From the IMG/VR virus record IMGVR_UViG_3300049194_000074, positions 1-24,075 of that record: a stretch of DNA of 24,075 nucleotides; one strand, 5' to 3'. This stretch comes from a virus. Its lineage: Duplodnaviria; Caudoviricetes. The notes beneath the pieces are model-generated. The model ran no database searches, was not told the DNA's origin, and worked only from the letters and a program-made list of their open reading frames with translations. The position numbers were made by a program, and so were the translations under genes. Shown piece by piece: positions 1 through 7,960 of this stretch (positions within the stretch are counted from its first letter, which is position 1; each line of letters starts with the position of its first letter).

Positions 1-333
1 GCGCGACGCCGTGGTGGTCCCCTCGGCGGTCGCCGTGAAGCCGGTCGCGCTCGTGCCCAGCGTCATCAGCGACGCGGGCGCGTTGGGATCCAGCGGCTGC
101 ACACCGGAGGCGCCGTGCGCCGTCACCGTGGCGGCGACGTCGGACTGGAGAAGCTCGACGATGCCGTCCGCGCCGGGGGTGTCGTCGATGGTGAACCCCC
201 ACGAGATCAGCTGGATCTGCCGGGTCGAGGGGGTTGCGATCTGGAGCATCGTCTTGATCGCGGTGCCGGTGGTGACCGACGCCTGAGCGGCGGTGGTCGC
301 CATGGCGGCGTTGAAGCTCTTGTACCGATGCAT
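1..333 (-). CDS. Virion structural / minor tail protein, partial (runs off the left edge; not in the ORF track)
   Basis: ATG at 333 preceded by GGGAG. The frame MHRYKSFNAAMATTAAQASVTTGTAIKTMLQIATPSTRQIQLISWGFTIDD... stays open to base 1. Thr/Ala-rich, beta-like composition, directly downstream of the tape measure gene. Confidence 0.75.
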   Translation of the reverse strand, partial: MHRYKSFNAAMATTAAQASVTTGTAIKTMLQIATPSTRQIQLISWGFTIDDTPGADGIVELLQSDVAATVTAHGASGVQPLDPNAPASLMTLGTSATGFTATAEGTTTASR

Positions 334-366
334 GACAAATGCTCCCTACATTCATGTCCGAGGTAG

Positions 367-403
367 AAGAAAAGCCCGGCCCCTCACGAAGAGGGACCGG
401 GCT
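367..403 (-). terminator. Intrinsic terminator-like hairpin after the tape measure gene
   Basis: Minus strand AGCCCGGTCCCTC-TTCGT-GAGGGGCCGGGCT followed by TTTCTT: a 13-bp stem with one G-U pair. Confidence 0.75.
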
Positions 404-414
404 GAACTGACGTA

Positions 415-3400
415 CTACTTGCGGGTGTTGAGCAGAGCCTCCACCTTGCCGCCGTGCGTACGCACCACACGGCGTCCGGTGTCGATCCAGATCTCGTCGA
501 GGGCCCGCCCGCCGACAGTCAGGGTGAGGTGGTAGATGTCGCCCGAGCCGCCACCGCCCTGACCCGCGATACGCCGCGAGTCCGGGTTCGAGTACACACT
601 CGACCCGAACGGCAGCCGGATCAGCTCCGGACCGTGCTCACCGACCTCGACGAGACCGCCGCGAAGACCACCGGTCGCGGCACCGATGATGCCGCCGGTC
701 GCCTTCTTCTTCTTGGACTTCGAAGCCGCCTTCTTCAGCTGGGCCGACAGCTCCGTCAGAGCCTTGACCAGCTTCTCCTGCGACTTGATCTGCGCCCCGA
801 AGAGAGCGTCCGCCGTCGTCTTGCCCGCACTCGACCCCGCACTGGACATCTGCCCGTACAGCGAGTTGATCGACTTCAGCTCGCTGCCCGACGACCGCAG
901 CAGCGCACCGGCCGTCTCCAGGCCGCCGCCGTCGACACCGGCCTCGGCGACCTGCCGCAGCAGACCCTTCGCCAGACCCCGCTTGCGCAGGGTCTTCAGA
1001 GCACGGGAGAAAGCGACCGCCTTGTCCCGGCCCCGCGTCATCCGGGTCATGAGAGCGGACATGGTCACAGCCTTGTCCGTATTGACCCCCTCGGTGATCC
1101 CCGTCATGGTGCGGGACTTCACCGAACTGCTCAGCGACTTCGCCTCGCTCTTGATGCTGCTCAGCTTGTTCTTCGCCTTGTCGAGCGCACTGGTCACCGA
1201 CTTCAGAGCCGTCGCCATCTTGATGGAACCCTTGATGATCTGGCCCATCAGACGCAGCAGGTTCTTCTCGGTGGTCCCCGAGGTGGCTTCCTTGATCGGC
1301 TTGATCGCCTGCCGGGCCTCACCACGGACCGAGCCGCCCTTGGCGAACCCCATCTTGGCGTAGCTGCCCTCATTGATCATGTTGAGCATGCGCTCGCCGT
1401 ACTTGCGGACCGAATCGGCCCGGATCACGAACTCGCCGTTGCTCAGCCACGGCGCGAACACATCGTCACTGGTGCCCGTGCCCGGACCGTGGACCCGGCC
1501 ACCATTGGCGTAGCCGCGCTTGAAGGCCCGGCCGGTGAACTTGCCGCCGGTGGCACCGGTGATGTCGTGCTGCGAACGACCAGTCAGGAACTCCTTCTGG
1601 TACTGCTGGATCGTCTTGATCGTGGTCGTCTTGAACTGGTTGATGACGAGGGTGGCGGTCGCCGTCCTGCCGTCGATGGCGTTCAGCTTCGACTCGACCA
1701 TGGAGGCACGCTCCATGGCACGGAAGTTGTCGACCGTCGCCTGGGCCTCGGCCTTGGTCCCGTCGACTTCATGAAGCTTCCGCTTCGTCTCCGCAACCGC
1801 AGCGTCCGCCTGCGCCTTCTCGACCTCCAGCTTGGTCTTGACGGACTCGGGAGTCGCCAGAACCGTGTCGATGAACAGCTCAAGCTCGGACTTCGGCACA
1901 CCGAAAGCCGTACCGAGAGCCATGAGCTGCGAGCGTCCACGGCCCCAGACCGCATTGATCTCACTGAGAGGGGCGTGGGCCTTCTCCGCCTGCGTGGCAG
2001 CCTCGGCCGTGTTCCTCGCGACCTGAGCCAGCGACTCGTAGACCTCACGGCTCTTTGTGTGCGCGAGGTCGAACTGACCGTTCTGGATCTTGATCGCGCC
2101 GGAGAATTCCTTGGCCTTCTTCGCCGCGTTGTCGATGGATTCCTCCATCGCGGCCCGCGCATCGAGCTTCCCGAGCATCTCGTTGTTCAGCTCTTGCATG
2201 CTCTGCGTCAAGCTCTTGACGGCAGCCGCATGCTCACGCGTGTTCGCCGCCGCGCCGCTCTCGGCTTCCGAGATGGCCGCGAGGAGATTTCGCCGCTTGG
2301 TCTGCGCAGCGGCGAGATCCTGATCGGTGGCGTTGAACTTCTGGCGGTGGAACTCACCGCCCGACGGGCCGAGATCCTCGGCGACATCGCGGATCTTCTG
2401 CATTTCCGCGATCTCTTTATTGACGTCGGCCAGCTGCTTCTTCAGCTCACCCGCGCTCTGACCGGAATCGACGAAGGACGTGCTCATTCCTTCGATGCCG
2501 CCGGTCAGGTCGGCAAACCCCATGACGTTCTGGTTGATGTGCTGGAAGAGACTGCCGAACATCGTGTCGACGACAGCAAGACCGGTCTCGACGATGTTCA
2601 GAACACCCGAAAGCGACCGGAACACACCGACCAGAAACATGGTGGCCGTGCCGGACTGGGTGGCCATGTTGATGAACTCACCGATACCGACGAGCAGGTT
2701 GGCCAGCTCCCGGCCGAGGGTGAGCCACACGTCCCGCAGAGCCTCGGCACCACCGTTCGCCGTCATCGCGGCGAACATGTCTCCGAAGCCCTTGCCGACC
2801 ATGGCCATGGCAGAGCGGAAGCCCTCCATCGCCGGACCCATCTGCTCCAGGGACGTGACAATCCCGTCCAGGGAGAAACCGGCGAAGTCCGTGAAGGCCC
2901 CGAAGAAGTCCTCGATCAAAGGACCCGTCGCCGTGAACGCCGCCCGCAGCGCCGGGAACATCTCGTCCACCGCTTCGCCCACGGAACGGATGCCCCGGAC
3001 GAGGTCGCCCTCCATGGGCTTGGCCGCCTCACGGGCTGTGGAAGCGACGACCTCCTTCATCTCACGGAAGGCACCCTTGACGACATCGCTGTTCTTCAGC
3101 GCCAGCGCGCCGAGCGCGATGAACGCACCACCGAGCGCCGCGACCAGCAGACCGCCCAGAGCCTGAGCAATCGGACCGATGAGCAGCAGCGCCGCGACAA
3201 GGATCATCGTCCAGCGCTTGTTCATCTTGAGGTGGGACCCAAGCCACTTCATCGCCCCGACCAGCCCGAGCGTGGCAAGAAGGCCCCCACGCAGACCGCC
3301 GACCATGCCCTCACCCATGCGGGACATCGACCGGCGCATCATGCCCGCGCCGTGTCGGCTGTCCCGCATCCGCCGCTGAAGCAGCAGCAGACTCGAATCA

Positions 3401-4650
3401 AGCCGCCGGATCCGGGTGGCCTCACCGCCGACCAGCGTCAGCTGTGCCCGCAAGGCGGAAGCCTCACGCCGCATGTCCCGGAACGACGACCGGGTGATGT
3501 CACCGGAACGCCGGAGCGCGCGCATGTCGCGCGTCGTCACCCGTATGCCGTTCGACAGCGCATTGAACTCACGCCGCGACAGCGACCCCGCGTTCTGTGC
3601 ATCCTGAAGCGCCCGCGCCATCGCACGCAGGTCCGTGTTCAGGGACCGCACCGTCCGCTGAGCCCGTCCCGAACCGCCCGAGACACCGGCCATGGCCCGC
3701 TGAAGCCTGTCGAAGCTCCGGGCCATCCGGTCCATGTCGTCCTGGCCCAGAGCCCTGAACCGCAAGGTCAGACCCTGGTTGTCCTGCCGGATACGCTGAA
3801 CACGAGGAGAAACAGGACGACGACCGGGCCGCTCACTGAGCCCCGCCAGACGAGTGACATCACGCTGCTGCTGCGCCGTTGCCGCACGCGCGGCACGGTC
3901 ACGCTCGGCCTCCGCACGCCGGTTGCGCTGCGCCTCCTCGCGCAGAGCCGCCGCGTGGGCCCGAGAGATCCGCTGCTGCTGCGCAACAATCATCCGCGCG
4001 CGGGACTGCTGCTGACGCACCTCGTCCCGCAACGCCGCCGCATTGCGCTGCGCCTCCTCACGCAACGCCGCCGCATGCGCCTGCGACATACGACGCCGCA
4101 GCGCGACGATCGCCCGCGCATCGGCTTCCTGACGACGCCGCTCCTCGCGCGCCCGACGCTCAGCCTCACGCTGCGCCTGCGCCGTCGAACGAGCCGCCTC
4201 ACGACGCAGCCGCTCAGCCTCACGCTGACGGTCGGCCGCGTTCCGCGCACGCCGCTGCGCCATGGCGTCCTGACGACGCAGCTGGTTGTCCAGATGGTCG
4301 AAGTCGAGACGGGTGCGTTCCAGCTCGCGGCGCAGACTGCGGAACTGGTCCTCCGTCAGTTCACCGTCCGCAGCGGCACTCCGCAGGTCACGTCCCAGCA
4401 GCCCCATGGAGCGGCGCATGAAGTCCATCTCATGCCGGGCCGTCCTGCCCGTGCGCTGGAACTGACTCAGCTTCCGCTGGAGACCGGTCAGCGAGTTCGC
4501 GAACCGGTCGGAACTCTGCGTTGCGCCGTCGGAGTCCCGGCCGATCCGGCGGATGTCACCACCCATACCGCGCATCCGCTGGCGAATCTGATTGAAATCG
4601 CCACGCGTCATATCGCGGACCCGGACGGTAAGTGTGATGTCATCAGCCAT
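415..4650 (-). CDS. Tape measure protein (1411 aa)
   Basis: Longest phage-sense ORF, following the frameshifting chaperone. N-terminus MADDITLTVRVRD, long helical/coiled-coil regions, a hydrophobic segment, and C-terminal GPGTGTSDDV...LSNGEFVI and VGEHGPEL motifs typical of actinophage TMPs. Confidence 0.93.
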   Translation of the reverse strand: MADDITLTVRVRDMTRGDFNQIRQRMRGMGGDIRRIGRDSDGATQSSDRFANSLTGLQRKLSQFQRTGRTARHEMDFMRRSMGLLGRDLRSAAADGELTEDQFRSLRRELERTRLDFDHLDNQLRRQDAMAQRRARNAADRQREAERLRREAARSTAQAQREAERRAREERRRQEADARAIVALRRRMSQAHAAALREEAQRNAAALRDEVRQQQSRARMIVAQQQRISRAHAAALREEAQRNRRAEAERDRAARAATAQQQRDVTRLAGLSERPGRRPVSPRVQRIRQDNQGLTLRFRALGQDDMDRMARSFDRLQRAMAGVSGGSGRAQRTVRSLNTDLRAMARALQDAQNAGSLSRREFNALSNGIRVTTRDMRALRRSGDITRSSFRDMRREASALRAQLTLVGGEATRIRRLDSSLLLLQRRMRDSRHGAGMMRRSMSRMGEGMVGGLRGGLLATLGLVGAMKWLGSHLKMNKRWTMILVAALLLIGPIAQALGGLLVAALGGAFIALGALALKNSDVVKGAFREMKEVVASTAREAAKPMEGDLVRGIRSVGEAVDEMFPALRAAFTATGPLIEDFFGAFTDFAGFSLDGIVTSLEQMGPAMEGFRSAMAMVGKGFGDMFAAMTANGGAEALRDVWLTLGRELANLLVGIGEFINMATQSGTATMFLVGVFRSLSGVLNIVETGLAVVDTMFGSLFQHINQNVMGFADLTGGIEGMSTSFVDSGQSAGELKKQLADVNKEIAEMQKIRDVAEDLGPSGGEFHRQKFNATDQDLAAAQTKRRNLLAAISEAESGAAANTREHAAAVKSLTQSMQELNNEMLGKLDARAAMEESIDNAAKKAKEFSGAIKIQNGQFDLAHTKSREVYESLAQVARNTAEAATQAEKAHAPLSEINAVWGRGRSQLMALGTAFGVPKSELELFIDTVLATPESVKTKLEVEKAQADAAVAETKRKLHEVDGTKAEAQATVDNFRAMERASMVESKLNAIDGRTATATLVINQFKTTTIKTIQQYQKEFLTGRSQHDITGATGGKFTGRAFKRGYANGGRVHGPGTGTSDDVFAPWLSNGEFVIRADSVRKYGERMLNMINEGSYAKMGFAKGGSVRGEARQAIKPIKEATSGTTEKNLLRLMGQIIKGSIKMATALKSVTSALDKAKNKLSSIKSEAKSLSSSVKSRTMTGITEGVNTDKAVTMSALMTRMTRGRDKAVAFSRALKTLRKRGLAKGLLRQVAEAGVDGGGLETAGALLRSSGSELKSINSLYGQMSSAGSSAGKTTADALFGAQIKSQEKLVKALTELSAQLKKAASKSKKKKATGGIIGAATGGLRGGLVEVGEHGPELIRLPFGSSVYSNPDSRRIAGQGGGGSGDIYHLTLTVGGRALDEIWIDTGRRVVRTHGGKVEALLNTRK

Positions 4651-5193
4651 CGCTCACCCCTCCGTCCGGGTTACCGAGACCTTCGATATTCAGCAGCTGG
4701 AGAAGCTCCACCGGCTCGGCGAGAATCTCACTGGGCAGCTTGTGGAACTGGCGGCACAAACCGAGGATGTACTCGGCACGTTCCAATTCCTTCGGCTTCT
4801 GAACTACAGCGCCTGTGACGGAATCGACTCCACCAGGACAGGTTCGCCAGAGCTGGACTTTTTTTCGGCCTTCTCCGGCAGCGCCGTCAGGGCCGTGGTC
4901 CACGCGTGGACGATGGCCATGTTCATGTTGAAGTCGTTGGAGCGGATGCCCTCATACGTGGTGGGAACCGGCTCGTCGGTCTCGTCGTCTTCGAGGTTCC
5001 ACGAGACCAGGTGCGTGGAAAGCAGCTTGAGCATGCCCTCCGTCTCCCCGTCCCCCTCCGTGTTCGGAGCACTGAGGGAGACGAGGTCGAGGTACTCGCC
5101 CGTGGTGAGACCGCGCACCTTGACGATCAGGCCGTCGTACTCGGTCCCCTCGAAGTCGAGCTTGTAGACCCTCCGCTTGCGCTTGAAGGACAC
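4643..5193 (-). CDS. Tail assembly chaperone, long -1 frameshifted form (gpGT-like, 183 aa predicted)
   Basis: In-frame GAA AAA AAG gives the slippery heptamer A-AAA-AAG at 4864-4858. The -1 frame (KKVQLWRTCPGG...LCRQFHKLPSEILAEP...) is open to 4643 and overlaps the TMP start. Confidence 0.85.
4804..5193 (-). CDS. Tail assembly chaperone, short form (gpG-like, 129 aa)
   Basis: GTG at 5193 after GGGGAGG; MSFKRKRRVYKLDFEG...LVSWNLED...; lies between the tail tube gene and the TMP. Confidence 0.88.
   Translation of the reverse strand: MSFKRKRRVYKLDFEGTEYDGLIVKVRGLTTGEYLDLVSLSAPNTEGDGETEGMLKLLSTHLVSWNLEDDETDEPVPTTYEGIRSNDFNMNMAIVHAWTTALTALPEKAEKKSSSGEPVLVESIPSQAL
4858..4864 (-). other. Programmed -1 ribosomal frameshift site (A AAA AAG)
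   Basis: XXXYYYZ heptamer in the correct frame. A 7-A run is rare in this GC-rich sequence, and the position is the canonical lambda G/T one. Confidence 0.85.
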
Positions 5194-5206
5194 GATTCCT
5201 CCCCGG

Positions 5207-5241
5207 AAAAGAGAAAAGCCCACCGCGATCTGCGATGGACT
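5207..5241 (-). terminator. Terminator-like hairpin after the short tail tube gene
   Basis: Minus strand AGTCCATCGC-AGATC-GCGGTGGGCT followed by TTTCTCTTTT; 10-bp stem including G-U pairs. Confidence 0.7.
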
Positions 5242-5266
5242 GCCGAAGTTCGAGCTTATGAAGTTG

Positions 5267-5674
5267 TCATGCCCACGTAGGGACAGTGCCGTCCGAAAGG
5301 ACACCGGGGCACGCGAAGGTGAGTTCACCGGAATCCGCCCGCGTGAGCGGGTAGTCGGTGAAAAGGCACTCGTTCGCGAGCGTCTGCCCCGAAACCGTCA
5401 GCGTCACGGTGCGCGCCACCGACGTGGACGTCACCGTCTTGAAGACGTCGTGGGACTGGTTCGCGGCGTCGTTGAAGACGCCGTTGAGCGTGACCGAGAA
5501 GTCGGCCAGCAGGAGCAGACGCTCGTACGCCGACTTGTCGATACCGGTGATGTCCTGAACGCCGCGCGGAGTGGCGAATTCGAGCGATGTGATGTCATTC
5601 TTGATGGCTCGCGCAGTACCACCGCTATCGTCCACGCTGCACGTGGTCCATCCGAGTCCGGACTCTTTTGCCAC
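5267..5674 (-). CDS. Major tail (tube) protein, 135 aa
   Basis: GTG start after AAAGGAGG; located immediately before the chaperone; DITGIDKSAYERL loop motif, beta-rich, ends in PTWA; followed by a terminator as expected for a high-copy gene. Confidence 0.8.
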   Translation of the reverse strand: MAKESGLGWTTCSVDDSGGTARAIKNDITSLEFATPRGVQDITGIDKSAYERLLLLADFSVTLNGVFNDAANQSHDVFKTVTSTSVARTVTLTVSGQTLANECLFTDYPLTRADSGELTFACPGVLSDGTVPTWA

Positions 5675-5707
5675 GACTCACCCTCCTTTGTCCGTTTTGG
5701 GGTATGC

Positions 5708-5737
5708 AAAAGCCCCCCACCACACGGCAGGGGGCTT
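5708..5737 (-). terminator. Terminator-like hairpin
   Basis: Minus strand AAGCCCCCTGCC-GTGT-GGTGGGGGGCTT followed by TT. Confidence 0.65.
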
Positions 5738-5751
5738 GAGAAGGAGGGGCT

Positions 5752-6210
5752 CTACCCTCGCTCTTGCTGGCGGATCAGTTTGTCCTGGTTCTCCTGGAAG
5801 TCCTCGATCCAGTGCTCGGGCTTCGAGTGCTTCCGGGTCGGCGTCCCGGCGGGATTCCCGCGCCAGTCGCCGCCCTTGACCAGGTAGTGCTCGGGCCGTC
5901 CGAGCGGCACCTTGTGCTGCCCGGCGGCGAAGCAGGTCTGACCGGCCTCGAACGTGAACACCGTCAGGCCGGGCTGCTCGTCGCGGGACTCGGTGTACTT
6001 CCGCCCGGACTGGGAGCGGATGTACCAGGCCTGCTTCTGCCCGAGTTCCGTCGACTCGTCGATCGCGGACTTCCAGCCGCGCGTGTACTGCTCGCACTCG
6101 GCTTCCTCGCAGGTCGCCGGGCGCCAGTGCGTGCTGATCGGCGAGACGATCTGGAACGTCCGGTAGGCCGAGGCCGGGAGATTCGGTGTGATGCGGTTGA
6201 TCGGGCGCAT
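5752..6210 (-). CDS. Hypothetical phage protein (152 aa) between the two tube-like genes
   Basis: ATG at 6210 after GGGGAGG; MRPINRITPNLPASAYRTFQ...CEEAEC...CF...H (possible metal ligands). The track's 316-aa version over-extends into the upstream gene. Confidence 0.8.
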   Translation of the reverse strand: MRPINRITPNLPASAYRTFQIVSPISTHWRPATCEEAECEQYTRGWKSAIDESTELGQKQAWYIRSQSGRKYTESRDEQPGLTVFTFEAGQTCFAAGQHKVPLGRPEHYLVKGGDWRGNPAGTPTRKHSKPEHWIEDFQENQDKLIRQQERG

Positions 6211-6233
6211 GGTTCCTCCCCGGAACGCGTGGA

Positions 6234-6989
6234 TCAGAAGACGGTGGCGGTGTCGTTGCGGCAGACCATGACGGCGAAGACCAGGCTGCTGAAGCCGCCG
6301 GTGGTCGCGGTGACCACACGGAGGTAGCGCTCGACGGTCTGGTTGCTGGCGGTCGCGATCCGCTCGACGGTGGGACCGGAGGTGATCTGCGTGAAGCCGC
6401 CGCCGGTGACGTCGGCGAAGGCATCGCCCGCGCCGTTGTCGGAGGATTCCTGGAGCTTGACGGTCACGTCGGTGCCGGTGAAGGAGAAGACCTGGAGGTA
6501 GGCCTGGAGGCCGAAGGTCGTCGAGCCGGTGGTGAAGTCGACCGACGTGCCGTTCGCGGCGCCGGTGTCGGTACGCTTCCCGGCCGTCATCTGGCGGCCC
6601 CACTCCAGACCGAAGGCGTTGCACTGGGCCTGGACGGAGAACTTGAAGTCGCCGTCGTCGCCGCGTGTGCCGTCGTAGTTGATCTGCTTGCCGACCATGC
6701 ACGCGGCGGGGTTGCCGAGCGTGGTACCGCGTGCGTAGTAGAGGTGCACGTCGGTGGTCGGCAAGGTCGACAGCCGCAGGTGCGAGCGGTCGGTGAAGGG
6801 GTTGAAGTACGAGGTGAACTCGATGTTCCCGTCGCGCTTTCCGCCGATGCGTTCGTAGGCGGACTTGTCGATGCCGGTGACGTCGAAGGGGGCGTTGCCG
6901 CCGGATATCGTGCCGAGGGAGTTGATGTCCCCGCTCAGGTCATATCCGTGTACGTAGAAGTTATCTCCGAGTCCGGACTGCTTGGCCAT
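6234..6989 (-). CDS. Tail-tube-like protein with an extra C-terminal beta domain (251 aa)
   Basis: ATG at 6989 after GAGGAGG. The N-half is paralogous to 5267..5674 (MAKQSGLG/MAKESGLG; DVTGIDKSAYER/DITGIDKSAYER). The C-half is Thr/Gly-rich with VKLQES and RYLRV. Confidence 0.75.
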   Translation of the reverse strand: MAKQSGLGDNFYVHGYDLSGDINSLGTISGGNAPFDVTGIDKSAYERIGGKRDGNIEFTSYFNPFTDRSHLRLSTLPTTDVHLYYARGTTLGNPAACMVGKQINYDGTRGDDGDFKFSVQAQCNAFGLEWGRQMTAGKRTDTGAANGTSVDFTTGSTTFGLQAYLQVFSFTGTDVTVKLQESSDNGAGDAFADVTGGGFTQITSGPTVERIATASNQTVERYLRVVTATTGGFSSLVFAVMVCRNDTATVF

Positions 6990-7016
6990 GCGTGCTGTCC
7001 TCCTCGGGACATGAGG

Positions 7017-7045
7017 AAGGGCCACCCGAACACCGGATGGCCCTC
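7017..7045 (-). terminator. Hairpin, possible terminator or processing site
   Basis: Minus strand GAGGGCCATCCGG-TGT-TCGGGTGGCCCTT, with only a weak pyrimidine tail. Confidence 0.5.
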
Positions 7046-7058
7046 ACGGAATGGTGGG

Positions 7059-7514
7059 TTACGCCGCCTGGTCCCAGACGTCGTCGATGATCATCGGAAT
7101 GAGGATCTGGAAGACGCGGAACTCCTTGCCGTCCAGGTTCATGAGCCCGGAGCGGACCCTCAGCGGCTGCCCCCAGGCACCGAAGATGTCGACATTGCGC
7201 GCCTCACTGCCGAGGTCGAAGTCACCGATGAGAGCGGTGAACATCGCATCCACGGCGAGCGCGAGGTTAGTGTCGATGTCGTCGTACGGCTCCTGGTAGG
7301 TGGAGGAGTAGACCTGCATCTCCAGCTCCAGCCGCACCGACGTGCTCGACAGCCCGGAGGTGCGGATGGCCCGCATGTCCTCGATGTAGATCGCGGCGGT
7401 GATGCCGTTGGTCGCCGCCTGCTTGGACACATAGCCGAGCACGGCGTCGAAGTACCCGGTCGCCATGGCCAGGGAAGCGATGTTGCCGAGAATGTTGCGG
7501 GTGTCCAGCGCCAC
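7059..7514 (-). CDS. Putative tail terminator protein (151 aa)
   Basis: GTG after GAGGAGG; size and position directly before the tail tube genes; DFDLG and C-terminal DDVW motifs. Confidence 0.65.
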   Translation of the reverse strand: MALDTRNILGNIASLAMATGYFDAVLGYVSKQAATNGITAAIYIEDMRAIRTSGLSSTSVRLELEMQVYSSTYQEPYDDIDTNLALAVDAMFTALIGDFDLGSEARNVDIFGAWGQPLRVRSGLMNLDGKEFRVFQILIPMIIDDVWDQAA

Positions 7515-7524
7515 CGGGCCCTCC

Positions 7525-7941
7525 TCAGATCAAACGGCCACGAGCCTGGTGCTTTTCAAGGACTTCCTCGGCGACCTCACGCCGCCGGTAGCCGACGCCC
7601 AGTTCCGCCTTGGTGTCCCGCAACGACCAGTAACCGGGGAAGATGGAATTGGGGGCGTTCCGGGAGCCGGTGCCCTCCAGCCAGTGGCCGTAGATCACAC
7701 CGTTGTCGTGGACCTTCCACCGGTTCCAGGCGATCGGGCGCTTGTCGATCTGCGTGGTGTAGTACGGCGTCTTATGACGCAGGCGCATGTCCAGCTTGAA
7801 CAGCCAGGTCCCTTCGGCCTGCTCGGCAAGCTCCCGAGCAACGTCCTTCTCGTAGTCCCTCACATGACGGTGGATCATCCCGGAGGAGATCGGCCCGTGC
7901 GTGCGGGAGCGGAAACTGATGTGGTATCCGACCTGGCCCAC
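7525..7941 (-). CDS. Putative tail completion protein, HK97 gp10-like (138 aa)
   Basis: GTG at 7941 after GGGAGGT; basic protein with VIYGHWLEGTGSRN and FPGY motifs resembling the Y..y.E.GT signature; neck position. Confidence 0.65.
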   Translation of the reverse strand: MGQVGYHISFRSRTHGPISSGMIHRHVRDYEKDVARELAEQAEGTWLFKLDMRLRHKTPYYTTQIDKRPIAWNRWKVHDNGVIYGHWLEGTGSRNAPNSIFPGYWSLRDTKAELGVGYRRREVAEEVLEKHQARGRLI

Positions 7942-7960
7942 GGCCAGCACCTCCCTCTGC

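Noticed and set aside
454-4818. 1454-aa plus-strand ORF
   Set aside because: Antisense shadow of the TMP. Long stop-free opposite frames are expected in high-GC coding DNA, and it has no motifs. The same applies to 7901..9979, 11396..12862, 12895..14112, 14323..15621, 16826..18043 and 20189..21127.
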